From the NCBI GenBank assembly GCA_965267575.1, contig OZ254086.1:3424001-3488000 (forward strand): DNA of 64,000 bases, written 5' to 3'. The position numbers were made by a program, and so were the translations under genes. Positions 48,012-58,092 of this stretch are shown here, in pieces. Numbering within the stretch: the first letter of the stretch is position 1; the number at the start of each line of letters is the position of its first letter. A model generated the notes under the pieces. The model saw only the letters and a list, made by a program, of their open reading frames with translations, searched no databases and was not told where the DNA came from. The DNA is from Calditrichales bacterium (GTDB taxonomy: Bacteria; Calditrichota; Calditrichia; Calditrichales; J004).

Positions 48012-50093
48012 TTAGCATTTTATCAATATTAAAGTTAAATCGTCGTGCAGATTACGCCCGTCGACAAATTTTAGAATTTCATCAATTACCATTTCTTTTA
48101 GCTGTTCGGCGCTGCAGCCGGCGTTTTGCTTGATGACTTCGCATAATCTCTCTTCGCCAAATTCATCATCATCATGGTTCATGGCTTCAGACAGGCCGTC
48201 CGTAAAAAGCGCCACGATATCGTCTTTTTCGAGACTCACTTTTTGTTCTCTTAGAGTTGATTCAAACACTTTTTTGCGGTCCATGCCGATAGCGATACCG
48301 CTGGGCTGGTAAATATGCGTCGATTTGCTTTGTGAGCGATAATGCAAAACGGGGCAGTGCCCGGCACGTGCAAAAGTAAGTTCGCGTTTTTCGTAATTCA
48401 AATAAGCAGCGATGAGCGTTATAAAGGAAGCCCTGTCAAGCGAATCAAATAATATGCGGTTGGTATTTACCAGGATATCAAAAGGCGTCGTATGGCTTCG
48501 AGTAATGGATTGAATGATGCCCTTTGTTTCGGCCATGTAAAAGGCGGCGGAGGTGCCTTTGCCGCTAACATCGCCGATGATCAGCCCCAGCCCCTTTTTG
48601 CCGTTGGAATAAAAATCATAATAATCGCCGCCCACTTCATAAGCCGTTATGGTCAGGGTGTCGATATCAAATCCAGGTGGTGTGGGCACCTTCTGCGGCA
48701 GCAGCCGCAGCTGTACCTCGCGGGCAATCTGAAGCTCGCGTTCCATTCGTTCCTGTTCCAGCGATTTCTTGATCAGACGTGCATTCTCCAGCGCCGCGGC
48801 AGCCTGGTTGGCGTAAGCCTCCAGCATATTGGTATCGTCCGGATCGAACCCGTACTCGTGAACCTTTGTAGCGAAAATAATCCCCAAGACCTGTTCCGTG
48901 CTGGAAAGAAGCGGAGCCGCCGCCAGCGAGCCGATATCTTTTTTCCATTTGCGCAACGCCTGGTACTCTTTGCTTTTTGACAAGTTGTTTACGGAAAAGG
49001 CCGTTTTGGTGCGCACAATCTGTTCGCTGATATCATGTAAAACCGGCTCACCGATAGCCTCCAGTTCTGCGGTTTCCATATTGTTGGCCGCCGCCGTGTA
49101 CAGCCTGTCGCGATTACTGTCATAAAGCTGGATCCATGTATAGTTGGATTCAATCACATCGGTGGTCATGCGCGTGATGATCTTGATCAGCTTTTCCTGG
49201 TCGAATTCCGCGGAGATAACGCGGCTGAGCTGGTGCAATGAGCGCACCTCCATCATCTTGCGGTCGAATACACGCGCCGTGGGCAGGTGGAACAAAAAGG
49301 CAATACAGGTAAAAATTGTGTAAAAAAACAGAAAATACCAGCTAAGGTTTGTAAAGGCGGCAAGGCCTACGCTGTGCGAAGCAACGGCATCACGAAAAGC
49401 AAAATCAAACAGGAAAGCCACCACCCAGACCATGATGAAGGAAAAGGCGAAATAGCTGAATTTTTCTTTACGGGACAGGTATGTTATCCAGTTGTTGTGT
49501 GTAGACAACATGACAAAGAAAATGAGGGTAAGCACCAGCGTGCCGGAAACAAGGTAATTGCCCGGGCTAAAGTTTATATCCAGCGGTACCCGCATCACGA
49601 TCGTAATGACAATGGCTACACCGGAACTGATCAGCGCGATTATCAAATAGAGCAGGGAACGCTCTTTTTGCTTGTAAAAGATCAGGTTTTTGATGATGAT
49701 CAGCAGCGGCACCAGGAAGACGACACCAGCCATCGAAATAAGGTTGCTGAAAAAGAGGCTTGAAATCGTTTCCGGCAGTTTCGGGAAATCCGTGGCGCTG
49801 AAACTGGGCGAAAGGAGCTGCTGCCACAAAAATACCCACACATACAATCCGGCGAGAATTTTAATAAAGTTTCGCAGATTTTTGTGGATATCGGTGGTAT
49901 TCAGAAAAGAGAATTGTTTTATGTAGAAATAAAAAATGACAATGTTGACCAGGTTGATCAGCTCGTCGAGGTATTCCCACTGGCTAAAGGTAAGTGAGCT
50001 TGAATAGCGCAATACATCAAAGAAGAAAGTGATCAGCCCGAAGGCTATAAAAGCGATCAGCAGAAGCTTGGATGGAAAGCGTATATTCTTCAT
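48012..50093 (-). CDS. Membrane-bound PP2C (SpoIIE) phosphatase (about 8 TM-GAF-PP2C)
   Basis: Hydrophobic N-terminus; GGDYYD, IGDVSGKG, RAGH, FTDGL, DDLT. Confidence 0.9.
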   Translation of the reverse strand: MKNIRFPSKLLLIAFIAFGLITFFFDVLRYSSSLTFSQWEYLDELINLVNIVIFYFYIKQFSFLNTTDIHKNLRNFIKILAGLYVWVFLWQQLLSPSFSATDFPKLPETISSLFFSNLISMAGVVFLVPLLIIIKNLIFYKQKERSLLYLIIALISSGVAIVITIVMRVPLDINFSPGNYLVSGTLVLTLIFFVMLSTHNNWITYLSRKEKFSYFAFSFIMVWVVAFLFDFAFRDAVASHSVGLAAFTNLSWYFLFFYTIFTCIAFLFHLPTARVFDRKMMEVRSLHQLSRVISAEFDQEKLIKIITRMTTDVIESNYTWIQLYDSNRDRLYTAAANNMETAELEAIGEPVLHDISEQIVRTKTAFSVNNLSKSKEYQALRKWKKDIGSLAAAPLLSSTEQVLGIIFATKVHEYGFDPDDTNMLEAYANQAAAALENARLIKKSLEQERMERELQIAREVQLRLLPQKVPTPPGFDIDTLTITAYEVGGDYYDFYSNGKKGLGLIIGDVSGKGTSAAFYMAETKGIIQSITRSHTTPFDILVNTNRILFDSLDRASFITLIAAYLNYEKRELTFARAGHCPVLHYRSQSKSTHIYQPSGIAIGMDRKKVFESTLREQKVSLEKDDIVALFTDGLSEAMNHDDDEFGEERLCEVIKQNAGCSAEQLKEMVIDEILKFVDGRNLHDDLTLILIKC

Positions 50094-51331
50094 TCGATGT
50101 AAAGCTTTACTATTGCCCCTTTGGTAGAACTGCTGCCGAGAAGCTGCAGGTTCCTGCGGTAATGATATATCATCCGGTCGTCGGGATCGGCTGCCAGTAA
50201 ATGGCCATTATACGGATTCACCCGCAAGTCCGTCAGCTGAATAAACCCGTCGACAGAATTCAGACGAACACCTGACGCCGAAAGTTGCACTATTTCGGAA
50301 TTTACCCTGGAAGTGATTGCTATCCAAATGGATTCATCATCGGTATCGGCGGCAAAAGCACTGATAAAATCAGCTGTATAAAAAAGCTCTTTCGTCCCTT
50401 GTTGCGGATCGACCCGGTAAAGGCTGTCGCGTTCTGTTCGGTCCAAAATATAAAGCAAACCGGTCTTTTTGTTAAGACGCATTCTTACCGGATTTTTTAA
50501 GTCGAGGAGGATTGTATCTGTTTTTTGGCGGCTGTTATTGAAAACGGCAATGTTGCCGGAGGCGCGCTCCAGAACGTAGATATGTTGCGCGTCCAGCATC
50601 GCCATGTCCGTGGGACGCTGCAGGCCGTCGGCTATCAGGCTTTCTTCACCATCCTCCGGATTAATAGCGTAAAGCGCGCCTGATGAGTCGCTTACCCAGA
50701 AAAGCTTACTCTGCGGCTCAAAAAGAGCATCATAGGGTTGATCCAGCTCGCTGTTACCCGATAGAATATCAGCGTTTTCCAGGCTGAATATTTCAAAATA
50801 GCCGATCAGCGGGTGTGTAACGAGGCCGAGGGTGTCGGCAAAAGCCATGTTCTCAGGCCGCCAGGCCGTGCTGTGGCGCAGCCCGATGCTGGAAAGGTCA
50901 TAGCTGACATTAACCACTTCCCATTCGCGCCAGTCCAGCAGCCAGATATCGCCCGGCCCCGGGATGATACTCAGCGTGTCTGTGGGCAGTGACTCCAATC
51001 CGCTACCCTGGAGCCTCAAATAATAGAGATAAGGGTCATCGCTAAACGACGCTGTTTCTTCAAAGCGCCGCGTGCCTCTTGGTAGCTGGCGGTACAGGGA
51101 AAAATTGTTTTCGCCCGGCGCCTTACGGTAGATATTAAAGGATTCATAATCCAGGGAGCGGGGCGTGTTCCAGAACAGGATAATCGAAGAATCCCGCGAC
51201 GTGACGGTAAAACCGATGTTGAGCTTATCGGCAGAAGATTGCGGATCAAACACACTGCTCCGTTCACGCTCCGAGCATGATAAACAGAGCAGTACGGTAA
51301 ATGTGCATGCTAGAAGAAATTTATAAGGCAC
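50090..51331 (-). CDS. Lipoprotein with an FN3-like domain and a beta-propeller
   Basis: Lipobox LCLSC; ILFWN...FNIYRK...YYL pattern; repeated PxDM/WxxD blades. Confidence 0.6.
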   Translation of the reverse strand: MPYKFLLACTFTVLLCLSCSERERSSVFDPQSSADKLNIGFTVTSRDSSIILFWNTPRSLDYESFNIYRKAPGENNFSLYRQLPRGTRRFEETASFSDDPYLYYLRLQGSGLESLPTDTLSIIPGPGDIWLLDWREWEVVNVSYDLSSIGLRHSTAWRPENMAFADTLGLVTHPLIGYFEIFSLENADILSGNSELDQPYDALFEPQSKLFWVSDSSGALYAINPEDGEESLIADGLQRPTDMAMLDAQHIYVLERASGNIAVFNNSRQKTDTILLDLKNPVRMRLNKKTGLLYILDRTERDSLYRVDPQQGTKELFYTADFISAFAADTDDESIWIAITSRVNSEIVQLSASGVRLNSVDGFIQLTDLRVNPYNGHLLAADPDDRMIYHYRRNLQLLGSSSTKGAIVKLYIE

Positions 51332-51332
51332 G

Positions 51333-51890
51333 TTACTCTTGACAGTTCAAAATATGTGAAATGCTTTTATAAACACGATCTACGTGCTGGTTGCCATCGA
51401 TAGAATGGAAATGATCGTGGCTCTTGTAATAATCCTTTACGGGGGCAGTTTGTTCCTTATAAACTTTCAGGCGCTTACGGATGGTCTCTTCATTATCATC
51501 GGCGCGGCCACGTGCCAGCAGTCTTTTTATGATCTCGTCATCGGGCACTTTAATCTCGATGCACTTGAATGGTGGCATCTCCAGTTTGTCCAAAAGCTTT
51601 TCCAGGCTCTCAGCCTGCGGGATGGTACGCGGAAAACCATCCAGTATAAAGCCATTTTTACAATCTTCCTGTGTAATCCGATCCTCTATGATTTTTATCA
51701 TCAGATCATCAGGGACAAGCTCGCCGCGCTCCATAATAGCTTGAGCTTTTTTGCCCAATTCTGTTTGCCGGCTTACGGCACTTCTTAATATTTCCCCCGT
51801 GGAAACCTGTGGAATATCATAATCTTCGCTTATTTTTTCTGCCTGTGTTCCTTTGCCGACTCCCGGCGCGCCAAATAAAATCAGATGCAT
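51333..51890 (-). CDS. adk: Adenylate kinase (short-LID type)
   Basis: GAPGVGKGT, LDGFPR, RGRADD. Confidence 0.95.
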   Translation of the reverse strand: MHLILFGAPGVGKGTQAEKISEDYDIPQVSTGEILRSAVSRQTELGKKAQAIMERGELVPDDLMIKIIEDRITQEDCKNGFILDGFPRTIPQAESLEKLLDKLEMPPFKCIEIKVPDDEIIKRLLARGRADDNEETIRKRLKVYKEQTAPVKDYYKSHDHFHSIDGNQHVDRVYKSISHILNCQE

Positions 51891-51938
51891 TTTGCTTCTC
51901 CTTGAACCAAAGGCTCACTGTGTTGTAAATCCGTTTAA

Positions 51939-52991
51939 TTACACATTAAGTTTGTCGCTTTTTCTTTTACGCTCGTTGGCCGCGTAAAGCTGTCCGCAGG
52001 CAGCCTGGATTTCCCAGCCTTTGCGCTTGCGGATGGTAATACGGCGACTGTGCTCGTTCACATATTCTTCAAACTGCCGGATTTTTTCTGCCGGCGGGGG
52101 CGGATATTCCGGATCGGTAGAATTACAGGGGATGACGTTGATTTTGCAGGGAATGCGATGGGTCAGCCGCACCAGTTCACGGGCGTCTTCGGGCGACGAG
52201 TTAACGCCATCGATAAGCACATATTCGAATGTGATCATGCGTTTCATTTTTTCCGTGTAGTAGCGCGCGCCTTCCAGCAAGACATCAATGGGATATTTTT
52301 TTGAGATCGGCATGATCCTTTCACGTACGGCCTGGTCTACGCTGTTAAGTGATAAGGCCAGTGAAAACGGCTGCTGCTCATCGGCCATACGGTAAATGGC
52401 GGGCAAAACACCGCTGGTGCTGATTGTGATTTTGCGCGGTGACAGGTTTATGCCTTTTTCTTCGCTCATAATGCCGGCCGATTTGATAACCGTATCATAA
52501 TTCAGCATTGGCTCGCCCATGCCCATGTAGACGATATTGGTCGGGAAATCACCAATGGCATCACTCATCAGGATAACCTGTTCCAAAATTTCTCCACTGG
52601 TGAGGTTACGCAAAATACCCATTTTTCCCGTCGCGCAGAATTCGCAATCCAGCGCGCAACCTATTTGTGACGAAATACAGAAGGTGGTGCGTTTTCCCTC
52701 GTATATGACGACGCTTTCGATTTTGTAGCCGTCTCTCAACTGCCAGAGAAACTTGCGTGTTTTGTCAACAGGGGAAACCAGCTCCTCCAGTTTATTAAAG
52801 CTACGCACATAAAAATGCTCCTGCAGCTCGTCACGCAGATTTTGGGGGAGGGTCCGGATCTGCTGAATGTCATCCAGCCGGCGGGCAAAGACGGCGTTAT
52901 AAACCTGTTCTGCACGGAACCTGGGGTGACCTTTTTCTGTAAACCATTTTTCCAAATCAGTAAGAGAAAGGCCAAGTAAGGAATTTTTCAT
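51939..52991 (-). CDS. rlmN: 23S rRNA m2A2503 / tRNA radical SAM methyltransferase
   Basis: CISSQIGCALDCEFCATG, MGMGEP, AACGQL. Confidence 0.95.
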   Translation of the reverse strand: MKNSLLGLSLTDLEKWFTEKGHPRFRAEQVYNAVFARRLDDIQQIRTLPQNLRDELQEHFYVRSFNKLEELVSPVDKTRKFLWQLRDGYKIESVVIYEGKRTTFCISSQIGCALDCEFCATGKMGILRNLTSGEILEQVILMSDAIGDFPTNIVYMGMGEPMLNYDTVIKSAGIMSEEKGINLSPRKITISTSGVLPAIYRMADEQQPFSLALSLNSVDQAVRERIMPISKKYPIDVLLEGARYYTEKMKRMITFEYVLIDGVNSSPEDARELVRLTHRIPCKINVIPCNSTDPEYPPPPAEKIRQFEEYVNEHSRRITIRKRKGWEIQAACGQLYAANERKRKSDKLNV

Positions 52992-53074
52992 TGATTTGTA
53001 TTAATCTCACGTCTTATGTTAAAATCTAAAATTAACCAATTGCTACTATAATCTCAACAAGGGAAGCAGGCTTC

Positions 53075-54064
53075 ATGAGCTCCGATGATGTAAAAACAAT
53101 TGAACAGATTCACGACACCTACCAACGAATTGATAGCGAATTGCGCAAGGTTATCGTTGGGCAGAATGAAATCATCAAAAAATTGCTGATTGCCCTGCTT
53201 GCCCGTGGCCATTGCCTGCTTGTAGGCGTGCCCGGTTTGGCCAAAACGCTGATCATCAAAACCCTGGGTGAAATCTTGGGTCTTTCCTTCTCGCGCATCC
53301 AGTTTACGCCCGACCTGATGCCAAGTGATATTACGGGCGCTGAGGTGCTTGAAGAGGACCGCAGCACAGGCAAAAAAATGTTTCGCTTCATTAAAGGGCC
53401 CGTTTTTGCCAACATTATCCTTGCTGACGAGATTAACCGTACGCCGCCAAAAACGCAATCGGCGCTGCTGGAAGCGATGCAGGAATACCGCGTGACTACC
53501 GCCGGCCAGAGTTTTGACCTTGATATGCCGTTTTTTGTGCTGGCAACGCAAAACCCCATCGAGCAGGAAGGCACCTATCCCTTGCCGGAAGCACAACTGG
53601 ACCGTTTTATGTTCAGCCTGTGGCTGGACTATCCGGCCTTTGATGAAGAGATCACCATCGTGAAGCAGACCACGGCGTTGGAAACAAGCCTGCTGGAGAA
53701 GCAGGTGGACGGAAAGGATATTATGGCTTTCCAGGATACGGTGCGGCGCATTCCGGTAACGGACAACGTGGTGGAGTATGCGGTTAAGCTGGTTAGCGCT
53801 ACGCGCCATGCATCCGTGCATAGTGATGATAAGCTGCGCAACTGGGTGCGTTGGGGGGCGGGACCAAGGGCCTCGCAATATCTTGTTTTGGGGGCCAAGG
53901 TGAACGCTGTTTTGGAAAACCGTCTCTCGCCGGATGTTGAGGATGTACGCTTTGTGGCCGAAGCCGTTTTACGTCACCGGATATTGACCACCTTCAGCGC
54001 CGAAGCTGACGGAGTTACCGTTGAAGAGGTCGTAAAATACATTATTGATAAAATGGAAGTTTAG
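53075..54064 (+). CDS. moxR: MoxR-family AAA+ ATPase
   Basis: GVPGLAKT, RIQFTPDLMPSD, DEINR, ATQNPIEQEGTYPLPEAQLDRF. Confidence 0.92.
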   Translation: MSSDDVKTIEQIHDTYQRIDSELRKVIVGQNEIIKKLLIALLARGHCLLVGVPGLAKTLIIKTLGEILGLSFSRIQFTPDLMPSDITGAEVLEEDRSTGKKMFRFIKGPVFANIILADEINRTPPKTQSALLEAMQEYRVTTAGQSFDLDMPFFVLATQNPIEQEGTYPLPEAQLDRFMFSLWLDYPAFDEEITIVKQTTALETSLLEKQVDGKDIMAFQDTVRRIPVTDNVVEYAVKLVSATRHASVHSDDKLRNWVRWGAGPRASQYLVLGAKVNAVLENRLSPDVEDVRFVAEAVLRHRILTTFSAEADGVTVEEVVKYIIDKMEV

Positions 54065-57000
54065 CGCACCAGCACCATCTTCTCGATTTTTTCCTCTTTC
54101 TGGTTACCATCGTTGATTGTGACTTTGTAAAGGTAAACGCCGTTGGCCAGCGTGTTACCGTCGCGGTCCAGGCCGCTCCAGGGGATGCGGTTAAAGCCCA
54201 CCCGGCTGACATAGCCTTCCAGTTTTTCTATCAACCTGCCGGAAATCGTATAGATTTTTACGGAGACCTCGGCGCCTTCACTGTTGCACTGGAAAGTAAA
54301 TTCCGTTTCGCGACTGAACGGGTTGGGGTAGTTGACCACATCCGTCATCAGCAGATCGTTGCTCTCGGAAATGTTGAATTCGATAACCGATTCATTGCTG
54401 TTGTTCAGATTGTCGAATGCCTGCAGCCGCAGTGTATGCTTTCCGGCGGCCAGCCCGCTCAGGGGATAGCGTATGGTACCACTGGTGTAGCTGTCGCGCT
54501 CGTAGGTAAAAAACTCCGATACGTTTACGCGTTCGCTTTCATCGACGATCAGTTCGATCTGGTGTCCCAACTGGCCGGTGATGTTGATGCCGCTTTCATC
54601 GCGCAGCGTGGCCAGCAGCACCGGGTTGGCACGGATCAAATCACCCGATGAGAAATTTTCCTGTCCTTCAAAAAAGATATCGATGTCAGGTCCGCTTGTT
54701 TCGGGATCAATCTCGGCCGAACCAAGAAAGAGCAGGTCATCCACATAGCTGATGGCCGTGCGGTTAGTGGCATCATCCCAGGCATAAACGGTAATGCGCC
54801 CTGTTTTCTCATTCTGGTAGCGGATGGATTTGGGAACGATAAAGTTACCCTGCATCTGACCGCCGGATACGCTCACTTCTCCTTTAAAAACCAAAGGTCC
54901 GAGCAAATCGTAGTCGAGCCCCGATCCGCCACCGGTATTTACATTTTGGTATTTGGCATCGTGCACCAGCATTACCGCGCCGCCGCTGAATGAGGCATTC
55001 TTGGAGCCCGCGTCATCTACGACCTCTGCTTTTACTTCGACGCGGCTTAACGCCTTAAGTGTGTCCGGGGAAACCTCGGTAATTTGCATCTCTTCACGGG
55101 CATCGGCCAGGTGCATCGTCGGGTCGGCCAGTAAATAATATTTTTGATCGTTTATATTATTAAAAGAATTTGATGATAGTGACCGCAACATTGCCTTACC
55201 CAGTGTGACGGAAGGCCCGCCGGATGGGAAAAGATTGCGGTAGAAAGTTCTGTTAAACTCAAAATTTTGCCCCGAATAAACCAGACGTGTGGAGGCGACC
55301 GTGCCAATCATCCCGGAGCGCTCTTTCCAGATAAGCGCTTCGGTAAAACTGATATCGTTGGGATCGTCGAATTTGGCAAAGTCACAGGTAGCCGCTATGA
55401 AAAAGGGATAACGCGCTTCGTTATTGATCTTGCTGTAATCGCGGTCAAAATTAAAAACGGTTTCGTGGGCCCATGTCGTAGGTGAACCATGGCCTACGTA
55501 ATTGATAATAAGCGATCCGCGGTTTATCTGGTTGAGCAGATCGCGGGTTGCCTGGGGTTTTAGCCTGCCAAAACCACCGGCACTCTCTTCATAGCGTGAA
55601 AGATAAATGCGCGAAATGTTGAATTTCGCCAATTCACTTAAACTGGCCAAATTTTCTGCCTGCTGCTGGTGAATCCATTCAATACGGTTTTCGTTACTGA
55701 CCCTTTCGTCATCGCCAACAACGGTGATGAACGTTTGCCAGCCATCACGGATAGGGTTTTCATCGTAGGTCTTCAGCTTTTCCAGAACGCGCTCGGCATC
55801 CAGGGCGTTTTCCACCGGCAGGCGCCCCAACGCCAGCGATGGAACGATCAAATGTGTTGAATTGGTATTCACGGTTATCTGAGCAAAAAAGTTATCACAG
55901 CTGCGCGAACCCAATTCATGGTCATCATAAATCTGGAAGGTGGGCACAACGCTGGAATCGGAGATCTCGATATTGCGGTAATCATAGTGGCCGTCGCCAA
56001 AAAGCAGCACATACTGCGGCGCCGGATCGCTCCAGTTGAAATAGGCATAACGGATAAAATTACGCAAAGCGACCGGGTCTTTTACGCCGTTGTTGAAATA
56101 AAAATATATATCGCTTACCGGCACAATCTTGCTGGTCAGGTTGTCGCGCAAATCGGCGATCTGGCCGGCGTAGTTTTGTAATGCCCCCGACGTGATAATG
56201 ATGAAATCCGCTTGTTGCGTATTGTCCAAAAGATTTGTTTGCGGTGTGACGCGCCTTACGGATGAGACTGTTTTAACGGCCGAGGCGCCTTCGCGAAAAG
56301 CATAAATATGGCGCGGGCCGTCACTGGCGGCTAAAGCGATAGAACTCTCAGAAGCGGGGGCGTTCTCTTTGTAGGCTACCGGGTTGGCGGGATCAGTTAC
56401 GTCCCATATATGGTAGGCCCCGCTGAAACCGGAAACATTGTACTGAATGTTTTGCGATTCACGTTTTGTGAAAAAACTCAGCATATCGTTGCGGGCTGAC
56501 AGCGATTTGGCAAAGCTCAGTTCAAACCAGTCCAGGTAGGCGACGCTGCCTTCGTTGGTGCTGGAATATTGTATGCTGATCGTGTTGCCGTTTTCCGAAA
56601 GCAGAGAGGGGTTATCTATCGTTCGGGTAAAAAACTGCCTCGTCTCGTCACGCATGGAAACACTGTTTAACAGGTTGGTACCGTTTAAGTCCACATTAAA
56701 GCGATAACTATAGACGGCATTATCGCCGTAGCGGATTCCGGAGCCACCCTTAAACTGGATGCGAAATTCAACAGGTTCTGCCGAAGCCGGAAGGGCAGGC
56801 AGGCCAAAGTTTTGCGAGAAACTGCCGCTTTGCCCGAAAAAACGATGCCCGTACCAGTCCGGGCCGGAAGCGAGCAGATTGTATTCATCTTTTTCAAAGC
56901 GGAAAAAATCATAAGCTGTAGACGATGGCTGCGGGTTGGACACCAGCAGACTTTCCAGCTCTACGCGTTTGCCGCCGCTGCCGTTTACCGTCACCAGATA

Positions 57001-57999
57001 GCTGTTCTTCGTGTCGTAGGGATGCATCTGGTAACTAAATTCGTCCTGCCCGGGCTCGTAAAAATAGCTGTTGACACCTTTGCCGAATAACAGGATATAA
57101 TCGTTGCCGTCAAACATGCCGTTGTTGTTGCTGTCGGTTATTTTTACAGGTATTTCTTGCGTGCTGGCCGGATTGTAAAAAGTAGCATTGGTGGCAAAAC
57201 TCAGCGCGTGGCCGCCATTGTTAAACACCTGCACGGCGCTCAAAGGCACGTTGTCCAGGTCGGCGCCGGCGTTGCGCAAGGTGGATGCGTTCAGACGGTA
57301 AATGCCGTCTTCAGTCACCTCAAATTTATAATGTGTCGCGGGGGCAATCGCCGCAGCCTTTTTTAGTGTGCGTGTGCGGGGCAGCTGCCAGTTTTGGGCG
57401 CGCTCAAAGTTGGCGATTACATCCGGGTAGAGATCATCCAATGCCGTTCGCTTCCGAAAATTGCTTCGGGGCGTGTCGTTGATGCCGCTGTAGCGCACTT
57501 CAAAAGTTACCTCGCTCCAGACGCGGGCGCTGTTGCTCTGCGGATTGTAGGAGACGGGCAAGAAGGTGACCGGCTGAATAGCCATGTCGCGGAAGATAGA
57601 CTGTGTTCCGGTTTCAAGCCGGCTTATTGAGGCGTTGCCGGTTTTTTCGTACTCCCCGTCCACGCGATAGGGCAGAAAATCGGAAAAGGTAACTTCCTTG
57701 CTGCTAATGATTCGCACATTCACTGCGCCGTTTTGCGGTATGCCAAACAGCAGCGAGCGGGCGGGCAGATCGTAGCCCTCTTTTACCGCCGGGAATCCTG
57801 CCTGGTCAAACATGATCCGCGCGTAGGAGCGTCCGTTTATTTCTGCGACAGTTTCCGTGCGGATATTGTCAAACGTGAGACGATAGATGTCGCTGTTTTC
57901 GGTGCTTTCAACAAGTTGCAGCCCGGGCACAGCGGCAAAGAGAGAATTAACACCAAGTATTAAAACAATCAGAAAAAGAAATCGCATAAAAGTTTTCAT
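54061..57999 (-). CDS. porU: Type IX secretion sortase PorU-like (C25 peptidase with propeptide-like N-domain and C-terminal T9SS CTD)
   Basis: Signal peptide; LLFGDGHYDYR, GRLP, NYVGHG, ATCDF; DESGIN..GH; VVNYPNPF...GVYLYK CTD. Confidence 0.85.
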   Translation of the reverse strand: MKTFMRFLFLIVLILGVNSLFAAVPGLQLVESTENSDIYRLTFDNIRTETVAEINGRSYARIMFDQAGFPAVKEGYDLPARSLLFGIPQNGAVNVRIISSKEVTFSDFLPYRVDGEYEKTGNASISRLETGTQSIFRDMAIQPVTFLPVSYNPQSNSARVWSEVTFEVRYSGINDTPRSNFRKRTALDDLYPDVIANFERAQNWQLPRTRTLKKAAAIAPATHYKFEVTEDGIYRLNASTLRNAGADLDNVPLSAVQVFNNGGHALSFATNATFYNPASTQEIPVKITDSNNNGMFDGNDYILLFGKGVNSYFYEPGQDEFSYQMHPYDTKNSYLVTVNGSGGKRVELESLLVSNPQPSSTAYDFFRFEKDEYNLLASGPDWYGHRFFGQSGSFSQNFGLPALPASAEPVEFRIQFKGGSGIRYGDNAVYSYRFNVDLNGTNLLNSVSMRDETRQFFTRTIDNPSLLSENGNTISIQYSSTNEGSVAYLDWFELSFAKSLSARNDMLSFFTKRESQNIQYNVSGFSGAYHIWDVTDPANPVAYKENAPASESSIALAASDGPRHIYAFREGASAVKTVSSVRRVTPQTNLLDNTQQADFIIITSGALQNYAGQIADLRDNLTSKIVPVSDIYFYFNNGVKDPVALRNFIRYAYFNWSDPAPQYVLLFGDGHYDYRNIEISDSSVVPTFQIYDDHELGSRSCDNFFAQITVNTNSTHLIVPSLALGRLPVENALDAERVLEKLKTYDENPIRDGWQTFITVVGDDERVSNENRIEWIHQQQAENLASLSELAKFNISRIYLSRYEESAGGFGRLKPQATRDLLNQINRGSLIINYVGHGSPTTWAHETVFNFDRDYSKINNEARYPFFIAATCDFAKFDDPNDISFTEALIWKERSGMIGTVASTRLVYSGQNFEFNRTFYRNLFPSGGPSVTLGKAMLRSLSSNSFNNINDQKYYLLADPTMHLADAREEMQITEVSPDTLKALSRVEVKAEVVDDAGSKNASFSGGAVMLVHDAKYQNVNTGGGSGLDYDLLGPLVFKGEVSVSGGQMQGNFIVPKSIRYQNEKTGRITVYAWDDATNRTAISYVDDLLFLGSAEIDPETSGPDIDIFFEGQENFSSGDLIRANPVLLATLRDESGINITGQLGHQIELIVDESERVNVSEFFTYERDSYTSGTIRYPLSGLAAGKHTLRLQAFDNLNNSNESVIEFNISESNDLLMTDVVNYPNPFSRETEFTFQCNSEGAEVSVKIYTISGRLIEKLEGYVSRVGFNRIPWSGLDRDGNTLANGVYLYKVTINDGNQKEEKIEKMVLVR

Positions 58000-58092
58000 C
58001 CGTTTTTGTCGCTAAATTGCGTCCCTTTATGAAAAGTATCAACCCCAAAAACCAGTAGCACTACAACAGAGTTTTGCCGCTTTCTGTTCCTG

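Noticed and set aside
52997..53024. Possible dif site (TTATGTTAAAA at 53014-53024 matches a XerD arm)
   Set aside because: The left arm (TGTATTAATCT) lacks the ATAA end of a XerC arm; more simply part of the AT-rich divergent rlmN/moxR promoter region
53054..53878. 274-aa antisense ORF inside moxR
   Set aside because: Shadow ORF produced by the codon bias of the sense gene
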